This document shows positions 1 to 8,762 of a stretch of DNA of 64,000 nucleotides, piece by piece. Origin of the DNA: Candidatus Omnitrophota bacterium (lineage in GTDB: Bacteria; Omnitrophota; Gorgyraeia; Duberdicusellales; 4484-171); contig JAAEQW010000341.1 in assembly GCA_024231025.1 (NCBI GenBank), positions 54,155 through 118,154 on the forward strand, given 5' to 3'. The position numbers and the translations under genes were made by a program. Position 1 is the stretch's first letter. Every line of letters starts with the position of its first letter. The notes below the pieces were generated by a model. It was given only the letters and a program-made list of their open reading frames with translations, ran no database searches and had not been told where the DNA came from.

Positions 1-37
1 TTGAAGATATTTTTGAAAATTGAAGACTTTTTGAACA
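1..37. repeat. 37-bp direct repeat, copy 1 (identical to 8453..8489); candidate island boundary
   Basis: Exact identity of TTGAAGATATTTTTGAAAATTGAAGACTTTTTGAACA at 1..37 and 8453..8489; the repeat may extend left of the window edge. Confidence 0.8.
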
Positions 38-223
38 CCTTAATATAACAATATACTGAAATCCAAAATTCGTCCGTGTCAATAATTAAGTATTGTGTCC
101 CCGGAATTTGCAGAGCTTGAATGGCGCAAGAAACAAAAAGTAACGCTTAAGCTTTCAGGGAAAAAAATTATCATTGAGGATTGGAAAAGATAAATAGCAA
201 AACTTTTGTTACGCAATACGCTT

Positions 224-1129
224 TTATCTTTTGCATTTAGGATTAAACGATGGACGATATTGAGACTCTCTTGCCGAGCTATGTTTTGGCCTATTGCCAG
301 CACTTCCCTGTGACTCTAGATTTATAGGAAACGACGTTACCAACAATTCTGTAAAACGTGATCGCTTGTTTGGATCTCCGGCGATTAAACTAGGTCTTTC
401 TATTTCTGTCTTAAAGAAAACTCCATCATACTGTTGTTTTATCAAAGGATGAGCAGCGTTGCTAACCATCACTTTTGCTCCTCTTCTCGCTAATTTTTCT
501 GCCAATTTCGCCAACCTCAACTCATCAGAATGTTGGAAAAGCACAGAATTATACTCAGCAAAACCATTATTTATGTGCGTTGTTATGTAGGGGGGGTCAA
601 AATAAATAAAATCTGTCCTTCGTCTTGAGTCCTTAACAGCTTCTTCAAAATCACAACACTTGAGCTTGGCTCTTTTCAAAAGGCGACTCGCTTTTAATAA
701 TTGATCTGCATCAAATACTCGACTATTCTCTGATGAGCTTCTCCCTATAGGAACATTGAACTTACCACTCTTATTCACTCTGTACAAGCCATTCCAGCAT
801 GTTTTATTAATGTAAATAAAATAAGCTGCTTTTTTTATACGGTCTCTTTCTGTGTTAAACTTTTCTCTAATTAAGTAATATGTGTCTTTGTCACCTTTTA
901 TACGCTTAAGAATTTTTATAATTGATGGGCAGTTATTTTTTACCTGACGATAACAATTGATTAGATCTGGATTCATATCTGCTAGAATCGCTGCTTTAGG
1001 TTCTAAAAGAAAAAAAAGGGCTCCGCTACCCAAAAATGGCTCATAGTAGGTACTAAATGTTGGAATATTATTCCTTATTCTGGGGATGAGCCACCTTTTT
1101 CCGCCTGCCCATTTTAAAAATGGATTCAT
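224..1129 (-). CDS. Dam-family (D12 class) N6-adenine DNA methyltransferase
   Basis: N-terminal FLKWAGGK motif, FxGxG-like AdoMet loop (EPFLGSGALFF), catalytic DPPY (FIYFDPPYITTH); last gene of a co-directional 5-gene operon. Confidence 0.85.
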   Translation of the reverse strand: MNPFLKWAGGKRWLIPRIRNNIPTFSTYYEPFLGSGALFFLLEPKAAILADMNPDLINCYRQVKNNCPSIIKILKRIKGDKDTYYLIREKFNTERDRIKKAAYFIYINKTCWNGLYRVNKSGKFNVPIGRSSSENSRVFDADQLLKASRLLKRAKLKCCDFEEAVKDSRRRTDFIYFDPPYITTHINNGFAEYNSVLFQHSDELRLAKLAEKLARRGAKVMVSNAAHPLIKQQYDGVFFKTEIERPSLIAGDPNKRSRFTELLVTSFPINLESQGSAGNRPKHSSARESQYRPSFNPKCKR

Positions 1130-1133
1130 ATAG

Positions 1134-2018
1134 TTACAATCCTATGCTTAGTTTCTGCCTAACCTTAAAATCTTTCACTAAAGCTTCCGACTGAATAGAT
1201 GAAATCATATCAGACAATTGAGCGAAGGCTTCTGCCGATATCAATCTACGAAGTCTTGCCCGTTCGATGTCATTCGCTTTTGACAATAGACCTTTAAAAC
1301 AATTATATAAATAAATAAAACTCTCATCAGTAGATTCAGATTCTTCGGGGCCAAGCTTTTTATACAACTTAAAGTTATTTTTCGTTGTTAAAGATAGGCA
1401 CATATTCGAAAAAGATCTCGTTTCTATCATTTGGACAGAGCTTCTGAAAATATCCCTATTATCTCTATCTAAATCTTTGAATAAATGTATCAATTTGTCT
1501 TGCAACTCTCTAAAGTATTTTATAACTTCTTCAAATTTTTGCAAATGTTTTGACTTGTCTAAAGACTTACCTAAGCGACCATGCGAGTATTTTGTTTTAA
1601 GACTTAGTAAATATTCAGTAAAGTTTTTCCCGCTAAACTTACGAGCATTTTCATAAATTTCTATCAGCTCTCTATCCGACAACTTACCTCTAACTTCTTG
1701 TTTAGGGTCTATAAAAGGTAGCATTTCTATCAAAGAACTAACCCTTTTTAATTCGCCAACATCGCGCATCATGTCATCTTTTTTGCCCCATATTTGTCGT
1801 ATTTTATAAGCTCGAAAAATAGTAGGCCTTTTTATCAATCCTTTTGTTTCTTTTTGGATTTTCCACCCCATAGAGTGAGGCTTCTTCACCCCCAACTCCT
1901 TAAGGCAGTTCCCTATTTCCCATAGAGCTTCCAGCCTTAACTTCACTTCAGTGTGAGAGTCTCTATACAAATTGTTTAGATCGGTAATTGAATTAATTAT
2001 TTTACTTAAAATAGCCAT
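1134..2018 (-). CDS. hypothetical protein (294 aa), no recognisable motif; possible nuclease/effector partner of the adjacent MTase
   Basis: Long ORF, 4-nt spacing to Dam gene and 14-nt to GHKL gene; function unknown. Confidence 0.5.
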   Translation of the reverse strand: MAILSKIINSITDLNNLYRDSHTEVKLRLEALWEIGNCLKELGVKKPHSMGWKIQKETKGLIKRPTIFRAYKIRQIWGKKDDMMRDVGELKRVSSLIEMLPFIDPKQEVRGKLSDRELIEIYENARKFSGKNFTEYLLSLKTKYSHGRLGKSLDKSKHLQKFEEVIKYFRELQDKLIHLFKDLDRDNRDIFRSSVQMIETRSFSNMCLSLTTKNNFKLYKKLGPEESESTDESFIYLYNCFKGLLSKANDIERARLRRLISAEAFAQLSDMISSIQSEALVKDFKVRQKLSIGL

Positions 2019-2032
2019 TTTTTGCCGTTCTT

Positions 2033-3706
2033 CTATCCTATATCCATTTCCTCACCGAGAAGAGTTCCCACTAACACATTCTCTACTTTCAGGCTCAAAT
2101 TTACCACATTGTCTGCCACCTCTGAAACTGAAGGGACTCTGCCTCTTTTCTCAAATAGCCTGTGCACACAATAGGGGCTAATAATTTGAGAAACGTAACT
2201 TAAAAGCCTTACATCAAACTTAACACGTCCAGTTTTATTTACATTTCGTGAAATAAAATCGGGATGCTGAGTATTGACAATAAGCGAATTTCCTAAGTCA
2301 ATAACTCTATCTTCACCTGCATGGTTTTGAAATTCAATTTTAGGTCCAGGAGAAGTGATAACTTTTTCATTTGAAGATCCTGAAGTAGAAGAAGCTTGTC
2401 CCGCACCGGAACCACCACTTGTATTCGAATCACCAGGACCGCTCTGTCCCGCATCAGAAATGGAACCACCAGAACCTGTACCATTCGCCCCTTCACCACC
2501 GCCACCTGGTACATCTTCTCCACCAAAAGGCACATCACCATCTTGAGAATTAGGCTTTTCATTGTAAGTTCCTGGTTCACCAGAAGGAACTAGTTGCTCA
2601 AACTCTAATTTGAACTTCTGAAGTATCTGCGATAGGCAATCAGACATAATTTTGCTTATTTTTTTAAATGATTCTTGCGTTTTCTTGTTCATAGCATCGT
2701 CAATCAAAATCTTGAGATCTGTCTGCACTTCACGTAATATTTCATAAAGTTTTTCTCTATTAACAGAATCTTTCAAATCATCTCGCGTTAAATTTGGTGA
2801 ACAAACGTTATTGATCTCTATAGATCCCACCACAAACGGATTCGTCCAAACATAACTAATATCGCCATGCAATCGTAGATAGTTCTTAAAGCTTTTTAAG
2901 TCAGATATACTTTGAATGCGACGTCTTTTGTTCGTTAGTACCGGCAAACGATTCTCCTGGGCTTTATCAAGAACTTTTAAATCCACCTCGACAGAAATTC
3001 CCGATTCATCATTATCAAAATTCACCGAACGCTTTAATTCTGGTCCGACAAGTTTGCTGTAATCAAAATATTTACATTCGTAATGCTTCTTACCTTTTTC
3101 ATTAATAAAGATTCTTATCCTTTTAGCACGTAACACATCATCAAAATGATGCTCAATCTCTCCTGCAAGCGCAATAGCAAAACTACTTTTCTTAAAAACA
3201 TGTGGATCAAAACGAGAAATTGTAACACGCGTTCCACAATCAGTTAATTCATTTTTACTGTTTTCATAACAATGCACATCCTTTCTTTCATCAACTGTAC
3301 GATCAATTTTTATCACGGCTTCTTTGCACCCTTTTTTCCTACTTATAAACACGGCATCTTTAGCGAAGGCCCTAAAAGCATGGACCCCAAACCCAAACTG
3401 ACCATTAGCCCAAGCAACTGCCTTTTTCCTCGAACGCCCCACACTGGAAAGCAATTCGCACAATTCATCAGGTGCCATACCAGCGCAATTGTCGGTAAAA
3501 CTGACTGTTTTCTTGTCGGCATCTATGTGTATTTCGATGCGTGGAACCATTCGCTTACTTTGAAACTCCGGCATAGAGGCGGCATCTATAGAATTATCTA
3601 TATACTCCATAGCTGCTCGATAAAAGTCCTTATACGTTCCTGAAATCTGATTAATTAATTCATTTTGATCCCTAATTTGCAAACGTGTCTTCGCTATAGT
3701 TTTCAT
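2033..3706 (-). CDS. GHKL (Bergerat-fold) ATPase, MORC/MutL-like, with long Gly/Ser/Asp-rich linker and C-terminal domain
   Basis: N-box EYIDNSIDA, G1 box FTDNCAGM, G2 box GQFGFG within first ~110 aa; low-complexity GGGEGANGTGSGGS... linker; 4-nt overlap with upstream gene. Confidence 0.7.
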   Translation of the reverse strand: MKTIAKTRLQIRDQNELINQISGTYKDFYRAAMEYIDNSIDAASMPEFQSKRMVPRIEIHIDADKKTVSFTDNCAGMAPDELCELLSSVGRSRKKAVAWANGQFGFGVHAFRAFAKDAVFISRKKGCKEAVIKIDRTVDERKDVHCYENSKNELTDCGTRVTISRFDPHVFKKSSFAIALAGEIEHHFDDVLRAKRIRIFINEKGKKHYECKYFDYSKLVGPELKRSVNFDNDESGISVEVDLKVLDKAQENRLPVLTNKRRRIQSISDLKSFKNYLRLHGDISYVWTNPFVVGSIEINNVCSPNLTRDDLKDSVNREKLYEILREVQTDLKILIDDAMNKKTQESFKKISKIMSDCLSQILQKFKLEFEQLVPSGEPGTYNEKPNSQDGDVPFGGEDVPGGGGEGANGTGSGGSISDAGQSGPGDSNTSGGSGAGQASSTSGSSNEKVITSPGPKIEFQNHAGEDRVIDLGNSLIVNTQHPDFISRNVNKTGRVKFDVRLLSYVSQIISPYCVHRLFEKRGRVPSVSEVADNVVNLSLKVENVLVGTLLGEEMDIG

Positions 3707-5061
3707 ATTTTACATCCTCCTTTTATTATTCGATAACGAGTTTGGCTACCCTCGCCTTCCCTAATCACTTCACCTGTAGCCATCAATAGCTTAATCAATA
3801 CATAGGCTCTGCCAGGATTTAAGCGCGCATGTGTTGCTAGCTCGCGCGTCTGTAGACTACCGAATTCAGTTAGTACATCACGTATACAGTCTAGATCTTG
3901 CATTCTCTTAATGCAAGCGATTCTAGATCTATGTTCTATCCATGGTCTAACAGATTCAATGAAAGTAGGAGAAGCAGGTATATTTAATTCCTTTCTAAAG
4001 CTATCAATTGACCCCCAACACCTTCTAATGCTAGCTTCCAGATAACGCCATTTCCGATTAGACTGCAACACTGCAGTATTTGGATTATACCCAATTTCAT
4101 CCTTGATCTTTAGGTATGCTTTAATAATGTCTCTTTTTTTTCGAGATAAAAGTAATAACTCAATATCTTCATTTTTTATTTGATGTACAATTAGCAATCT
4201 TTTTACGTAATTTGAAGATACATTATTTGCCTTAGCCACTTTAGACAATGCTTTCAAGCGATAAAAGTCTTTAAGCAATTTTTGTTTGGATATGTATGGA
4301 TATTCATTCCCTCTATATTTGAACAATTTATATTTTGTACCTTTAACGAGAATCTGACGAATTCTTTGTCTGCTCAACTTTACGATTTTTCCAACATATT
4401 CTAAAGTCCCTCCTTCATTATAAAGATCAAAGCATTTTTTATAAAAAGTAATCCTGTCTGGAGAAAGAGCACTCCCTGCCGCTTCATTGATAATTCGTAA
4501 AGTGCCCGGATATTTAATTCTTAGGTTGCTTATCGCTACACCAGGTTTGCTAGATCCTTTTATTTTTTTATCTATCTCGGATTTCCAACCTATGGGCAAT
4601 CTCATGTTAAGGGACAAATCAATCTTAACCAATAAATTAGATATTTCCAACAATGTTCTCGTGCCGCTATTTTTTTCGCTTGCGATTAACTCTTCAGAAA
4701 GACACACCAAATCGAATAAAAAACTAGACCCTAATTTTTCTAGGATATTTCTTGCGCGCGCCGATAGTGGAATATCCAACAAAGGAATACACAAAACATA
4801 TGTTAAATACTCCAAACGCTCCTTTTTTTCTTGGTTTGTCAATCCATTCCCCTCTAAAGCAAAATTCCGTTGATTCAGTTTGAAATAATTGAAATAATCT
4901 ATTATTTCATTCACAGTTTTTACGCCTAAATTTGGTATAGATAATAACTCTCGCCTACTCAGCCTCATGCACTGAGTTTCAGTTTCAAAACCCTGTTCTC
5001 TTAAAGCATTTTTAGCCCTTACCGACAAGGACATTCTGCGCAGTTTTTTCTTTTTCCTCAT
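3703..5061 (-). CDS. multi-HTH DNA-binding protein with two RNAP alpha-CTD-like helix-hairpin-helix modules and a sigma70 region-4-like HTH
   Basis: Two segments resembling RpoA CTD (LSVRAKNALREQGFETETQCMRLSRRELLSIPNLGVKTVNEI and LSARARNILEKLGSSFLFDLVCLSEELIASEKNSGTRTLLEI), VGKIVKLSRQRIRQIL sigma r4.2-like HTH, C-terminal wHTH-like segment. Confidence 0.5.
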   Translation of the reverse strand: MRKKKKLRRMSLSVRAKNALREQGFETETQCMRLSRRELLSIPNLGVKTVNEIIDYFNYFKLNQRNFALEGNGLTNQEKKERLEYLTYVLCIPLLDIPLSARARNILEKLGSSFLFDLVCLSEELIASEKNSGTRTLLEISNLLVKIDLSLNMRLPIGWKSEIDKKIKGSSKPGVAISNLRIKYPGTLRIINEAAGSALSPDRITFYKKCFDLYNEGGTLEYVGKIVKLSRQRIRQILVKGTKYKLFKYRGNEYPYISKQKLLKDFYRLKALSKVAKANNVSSNYVKRLLIVHQIKNEDIELLLLSRKKRDIIKAYLKIKDEIGYNPNTAVLQSNRKWRYLEASIRRCWGSIDSFRKELNIPASPTFIESVRPWIEHRSRIACIKRMQDLDCIRDVLTEFGSLQTRELATHARLNPGRAYVLIKLLMATGEVIREGEGSQTRYRIIKGGCKI

Positions 5062-5279
5062 AATTTAAATTTCTTATGCTTTGGGAAACGAAATCTAGCT
5101 TTAGCCTCACGAATTTTCGAATCAATAGCAGAAAATATCTTCACTATGTCAGATTGAGAATATTCATAAACACTTCTGTTAGAGCAATTTCCCAAAATTT
5201 TAAGCTTTTTTAATACTTCATTTGTTCTCTTTTCTGCCAATTTTCTAAAGCGTTCAGCCTTTTCACTATTTTTATCCAT
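5058..5279 (-). CDS. small 73-aa protein, paralog of 11033..11254; first gene of the operon, possible regulator
   Basis: ~40% identity to the 73-aa ORF at 11033..11254 (shared ERF+++A.KR.N...L.IL.NCS.R..Y.FS....K.F.AID...AK..F); 4-nt overlap with downstream gene. Confidence 0.5.
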   Translation of the reverse strand: MDKNSEKAERFRKLAEKRTNEVLKKLKILGNCSNRSVYEYSQSDIVKIFSAIDSKIREAKARFRFPKHKKFKL

Positions 5280-5559
5280 AACATCTCCTTGATAAATAAC
5301 ATGTTTTTTTAGTAAATAAATGGCTTATTTACTAAATAATACCATTATTCTCTAAAAAAGTCAAGTAAGCCGCTATAATTGCGAAAATGCTAGGATGTCC
5401 CTCCCTCGGCAAGCGCAGTCGTCCGGCTTCATCTGCCAGGGGCAGATTCCGCAGCGTTCTTTGTGCGCTTGCCTCACCCTCCGATATAAGGTAGCCAATC
5501 CTAAACGCCCACCGCGGCCAGAAGAATATTTTCCGGATTAAAAACGAAATTTTTCGATA

Positions 5560-5946
5560 CATTAAAAGCCCGACGAAGGTGGGTGGCTAAGGCAGGCTAA
5601 AGAACCTTACGAATTCACCAACCAAGGTGGTTTTGCAGGCTCTTAGCGCAGGTGCTGTAGTGCCCTAGCACGAAAGCCCGAGCACAGAGACTGCTTGAAT
5701 AAGCGAGCGCCAAGCGAGTGGCCAAGCGAAGCCCCCGGCCCCAGCCGGGGCGAGCGGATCTTTCGCCACCCACCTAGCCCCGCCCTAGCGGGGCGGCACA
5801 GGTATCAGATTAAAGGTTTTGCTTTCTGCATTGGCGAATGGTATTCGGAATCACAATAGTGAAGAAATAATTCGAATCTAACCTGAATGGGGAGCCAAAG
5901 TCTTCTTTTCGAAATTCGTCCCGCCCAAAAGGCGGGACTTTTTCTT
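5560..5946 (+). ncRNA. candidate structured RNA of unknown class (GC-rich, multi-hairpin, ends in a terminator)
   Basis: Local GC ~60-70% versus ~35% background; long-range pairing GGTGGGTGG (5583)/CCACCCACC (5771); hairpins GCCCCGC-CUA-GCGGGGC and CCCCGGC-CCCA-GCCGGGG; no convincing ORF; 3' terminator hairpin. Confidence 0.25.
5917..5946 (+). terminator. rho-independent terminator (GTCCCGCC-caaaag-GGCGGGAC then TTTTTCTTTTT)
   Basis: 8-bp GC stem plus T-run read directly from sequence. Confidence 0.6.
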
Positions 5947-6301
5947 TTTCCCCAGCGCGCGCGGAATCCGAATAAAATAGATTCATTTGGATTGATTTTG
6001 TTGAATAGATGATCGATTGAAAGAATTTTTTTGCCAGAAGATTTCTTTGGATTCCACGGGAAGAAAAAAGGGATTTTCGGACGAGGTCAAGGGTTTGTGA
6101 CCGGAGGCTACTGCCGTAGGAAATGCCGAGAACATTCCAAATTTATATTATTCAGACAGCGACGGCCTATGCGGCCGCCATTCCGATAAATGCCTACGTC
6201 ATTTATCGGCTAAATACCCCACCCTTTAAGGTAGCCCAACGATATCTTGAAGTTCCCCGTAGATTTTAAAATTAACTCTATCTAAAAAATAACCCCTAAC
6301 A

Positions 6302-7150
6302 TTACTGCTTTGCTAAACCCACTAACCCATCAAAATCAATTATTTTATCGGAACCACCAAAAACATCTTTAGCCAATTCTTTTAACCCCAAATCGTTACT
6401 AACCAAATAATCCAAATCTGTTAAATAAATAAGGTAATATTGATCGTAATGGTCGCCTTCCCTTACTCCCCTCCCTAAAACAACATATCTATAAAATAAA
6501 GCCATAAAAACTCTAGAGCTAGTAGAAAAATAAGGATAACGCCTGGGGGTATCAGTAATTTTATTTGTTTTCTCATCAGAAACAGATTTTCCTGCTCTTA
6601 AAAATAAGTATCGAATTAAATCTCTTCTCATATTCATTATTGTTTTATCATTGTAGAATTCATCAAAACTCATCTTGGGAACTGTTATTTTCTCATCTTT
6701 GAATTTATTAAAAATGCGCTTTTGAGTTGCTTTGTATTTTTTATAATTATCTTCCTTTTCCTGCTTAACGAGATTCAATATTTCTTCTATATTCTTTGGT
6801 TTTCGACCATTCGCTAAGGCTCCAAAAATGCTTTTAGCATACTCCGTTTCTTTAGAACCCAAAAAGATACTTTCATTTTCAAGTAGACCAAGGTCATGCC
6901 TAATTATTCTACTCCAATAATTAAAAATCCTATAATCTACCATACTTAGTAATATTTTGGAATACCTAATGAGTAAAGGTTTCCGCCGGGTGGAATAAAT
7001 ACCTAAAAGTTCAGCCAGTACTTCGGGGGTAGGATAAAACGAAAAGTATTTTCGTCTGAATGCAGAAATTATGAGTTTCTTGTCTTCCTGAATCGGATGT
7101 TTATCATAATTATCAAAAAAGTTGTTGTCGACCGTAATCTTTATTCCCAT
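6302..7150 (-). CDS. hypothetical protein (282 aa)
   Basis: Long ORF in island A; no recognisable motif. Confidence 0.5.
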   Translation of the reverse strand: MGIKITVDNNFFDNYDKHPIQEDKKLIISAFRRKYFSFYPTPEVLAELLGIYSTRRKPLLIRYSKILLSMVDYRIFNYWSRIIRHDLGLLENESIFLGSKETEYAKSIFGALANGRKPKNIEEILNLVKQEKEDNYKKYKATQKRIFNKFKDEKITVPKMSFDEFYNDKTIMNMRRDLIRYLFLRAGKSVSDEKTNKITDTPRRYPYFSTSSRVFMALFYRYVVLGRGVREGDHYDQYYLIYLTDLDYLVSNDLGLKELAKDVFGGSDKIIDFDGLVGLAKQ

Positions 7151-7220
7151 ATACTATTCGCAAAAACCTCATGTTTCTTTAAATATTCCGATGATTACGT
7201 CGTGCCTTGCACCTAATCCG

Positions 7221-7886
7221 TTATTTTATCCCCAATTCTAGCACACCATACGGTGAGGACGTTATATTGCTAAAATTAACTGCATCATTTTCGAAACTCA
7301 CGTGTTTTGTTCGCAACCAACAGTCGCCAATCTTATATTCTATATCAAGGCTTAAAGCATAAGGCAATTTAGGAAAAGTATTTTGGAAATCCTTTTTGGG
7401 CATAAAAACAACATAAGCAGACTTAGCGCTTCTTTTTTCTATGGTAACGCCATTAAAAACGTCTGGGGTGATATTCGCGCTCTGCTTGGATATGATTTGC
7501 AACTTATCGGCTTCTCGTCTCGCATAAAACTTACCAATTTCTTTATCGTTAGCATGAATCGTTATCCTCATATCTTCTATGATACCACCGATTGCATTAT
7601 TATTAACTATGGATAACTTCGTATTCACAATGGGAAGCATGAAAGACTGACCCTTTGTTGTAAATGCAGAAGTCGCTAAAAAGATAGCCCTACCTATATT
7701 TATTCTTGGATAAAAAGGAGTAAGGAAAGAAAACCATAGAGTTGAAATTAACGCAACCAAACTTACAAAAACTTCAATTCTTATCTTTTGGGCAACCAAC
7801 AAATAGATCATCCAAGCTATCAACAAAAGCAATAGAATAGTTTTAAGATTAAAAATATAAATTCTTGCAAATGAAATGCAATTCAT
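7221..7886 (-). CDS. hypothetical membrane protein (2 N-terminal TM helices)
   Basis: Hydrophobic stretches ILLLLLIAWMIYLLVA and FVSLVALISTLWFSFL; follows an XRE regulator gene. Confidence 0.5.
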   Translation of the reverse strand: MNCISFARIYIFNLKTILLLLLIAWMIYLLVAQKIRIEVFVSLVALISTLWFSFLTPFYPRINIGRAIFLATSAFTTKGQSFMLPIVNTKLSIVNNNAIGGIIEDMRITIHANDKEIGKFYARREADKLQIISKQSANITPDVFNGVTIEKRSAKSAYVVFMPKKDFQNTFPKLPYALSLDIEYKIGDCWLRTKHVSFENDAVNFSNITSSPYGVLELGIK

Positions 7887-7937
7887 AATTTCCCCCTTCT
7901 TTCTTACTCAAAAGATTTTATCAACGGCTTACTAATT

Positions 7938-8147
7938 TTAAATTCGTTTCGTTCCTCGCCCCGTTAATTTGTCTATACTAACCCCCAAAGCATCTGCCAA
8001 CTTAATAACCGTCTCAATCTTAGGATTTTTAATTCCACCTCGTTCAATTTTTATAATGGTATTATAAGAAATTTCTGATTCTACAGCGAGCTTTTCTTGA
8101 GACCATCCTTTTTGCTTGCGAAGTTTGACTAAATTCTTCAGATACAT
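7938..8147 (-). CDS. XRE-family (Cro/cI-type) HTH transcriptional regulator
   Basis: LRKQKGWSQEKLAVESEISYNTIIKIERG...IETVIKLADALGVSIDKL is the canonical HTH_3 pattern. Confidence 0.75.
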   Translation of the reverse strand: MYLKNLVKLRKQKGWSQEKLAVESEISYNTIIKIERGGIKNPKIETVIKLADALGVSIDKLTGRGTKRI

Positions 8148-8452
8148 ATTGTTTGACTCCTTGGTAGTATTGTGATACAGTATTGCAATACTATATTGGA
8201 TTACCCCGTATTGCTTTATTCTGAGCTATTTTAACTCGTTTCTTAATAAAATCAAGGAGATATATGTATAACTTCAATTTCTACCGCCAAAGCATAAAAT
8301 TGGGAGCAATAATTGCTTTGATTATATTGGTGATACAGATAATTTCCCTTGCGAGATAACGGGAGGGGGCAAGCCCCTCCCCTACAAAACAAAATAATAA
8401 TCAATGGATCGGGCGTAAAAAAATCCCCCATCCTTTTGGATGGGGGCGATTC

Positions 8453-8489
8453 TTGAAGATATTTTTGAAAATTGAAGACTTTTTGAACA
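8453..8489. repeat. 37-bp direct repeat, copy 2 (identical to 1..37)
   Basis: Exact match to window start; preceded by GC hairpins at 8361..8385 and 8424..8446. Confidence 0.8.
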
Positions 8490-8590
8490 TTTGAGCATTT
8501 GAGCATTGGACCGCATTGCCCCATTGGATTTTCCAATGTTCTAATGATCCAATGTTCCAATGCTCTAGCCATTTTTTTCGATGAAAAAAT

Positions 8591-8607
8591 TGGCTCCCCG
8601 GGTAGGG
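8591..8607. repeat. 17-nt duplicate of the tRNA-Asn 3' end (candidate att site of integrated island B)
   Basis: TGGCTCCCCGGGTAGGG here is identical to 20812..20828 (reverse complement of the last 17 nt of the tRNA including CCA); lies ~150 bp from the serine recombinase gene end. Confidence 0.65.
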
Positions 8608-8720
8608 GCAGAAATTACCTTAATAAAAACAATGGGAATATTTCTGCACTTCCTCGGGCAGTAGCCCTCGGTCGCTCAACAGCTGCCTTCGGCAGAGTTC
8701 GAGACCAAACGGGGACATAT

Positions 8721-8762
8721 AAAATAAAAATCCCCCGCAAAATGCGGGGGATATTTTATTCA
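8721..8762 (-). terminator. rho-independent terminator downstream of serine recombinase gene (probably bidirectional)
   Basis: CCCCCGC-aaaat-GCGGGGG stem flanked by A/T runs on both sides. Confidence 0.6.

Noticed and set aside
1134-2018. Calling the 294-aa protein a DpnII/MboI-type GATC restriction endonuclease on the basis of adjacency to the Dam-family MTase
   Set aside because: No recognisable PD-(D/E)xK or other nuclease motif, and no resemblance to R.DpnII that I can recall; left as hypothetical
2293-2593. Three overlapping ORFs (2293..2580 minus, 2355..2546 plus, 2396..2593 plus) inside the GHKL ATPase gene
   Set aside because: They lie in the low-complexity Gly/Ser/Asp-rich linker region of a clearly motif-bearing longer ORF; alternate-frame artefacts
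5332-5562. 76-aa ORF at the start of the GC-rich segment
   Set aside because: Arg/Leu/Ala-rich composition typical of a GC-rich non-coding frame; no SD; the region is better explained as structured RNA or non-coding DNA
5560-6300. Possibility that the GC-rich segment is RNase P RNA, tmRNA, SRP RNA or a group II intron
   Set aside because: No GGAAAGUCCGG / ACAGAACCCGGCUUA (RNase P), no tRNA-like 3' end with resume codon (tmRNA), no SRP domain IV GGAA tetraloop context, no domain V consensus and no RT ORF; left unclassified
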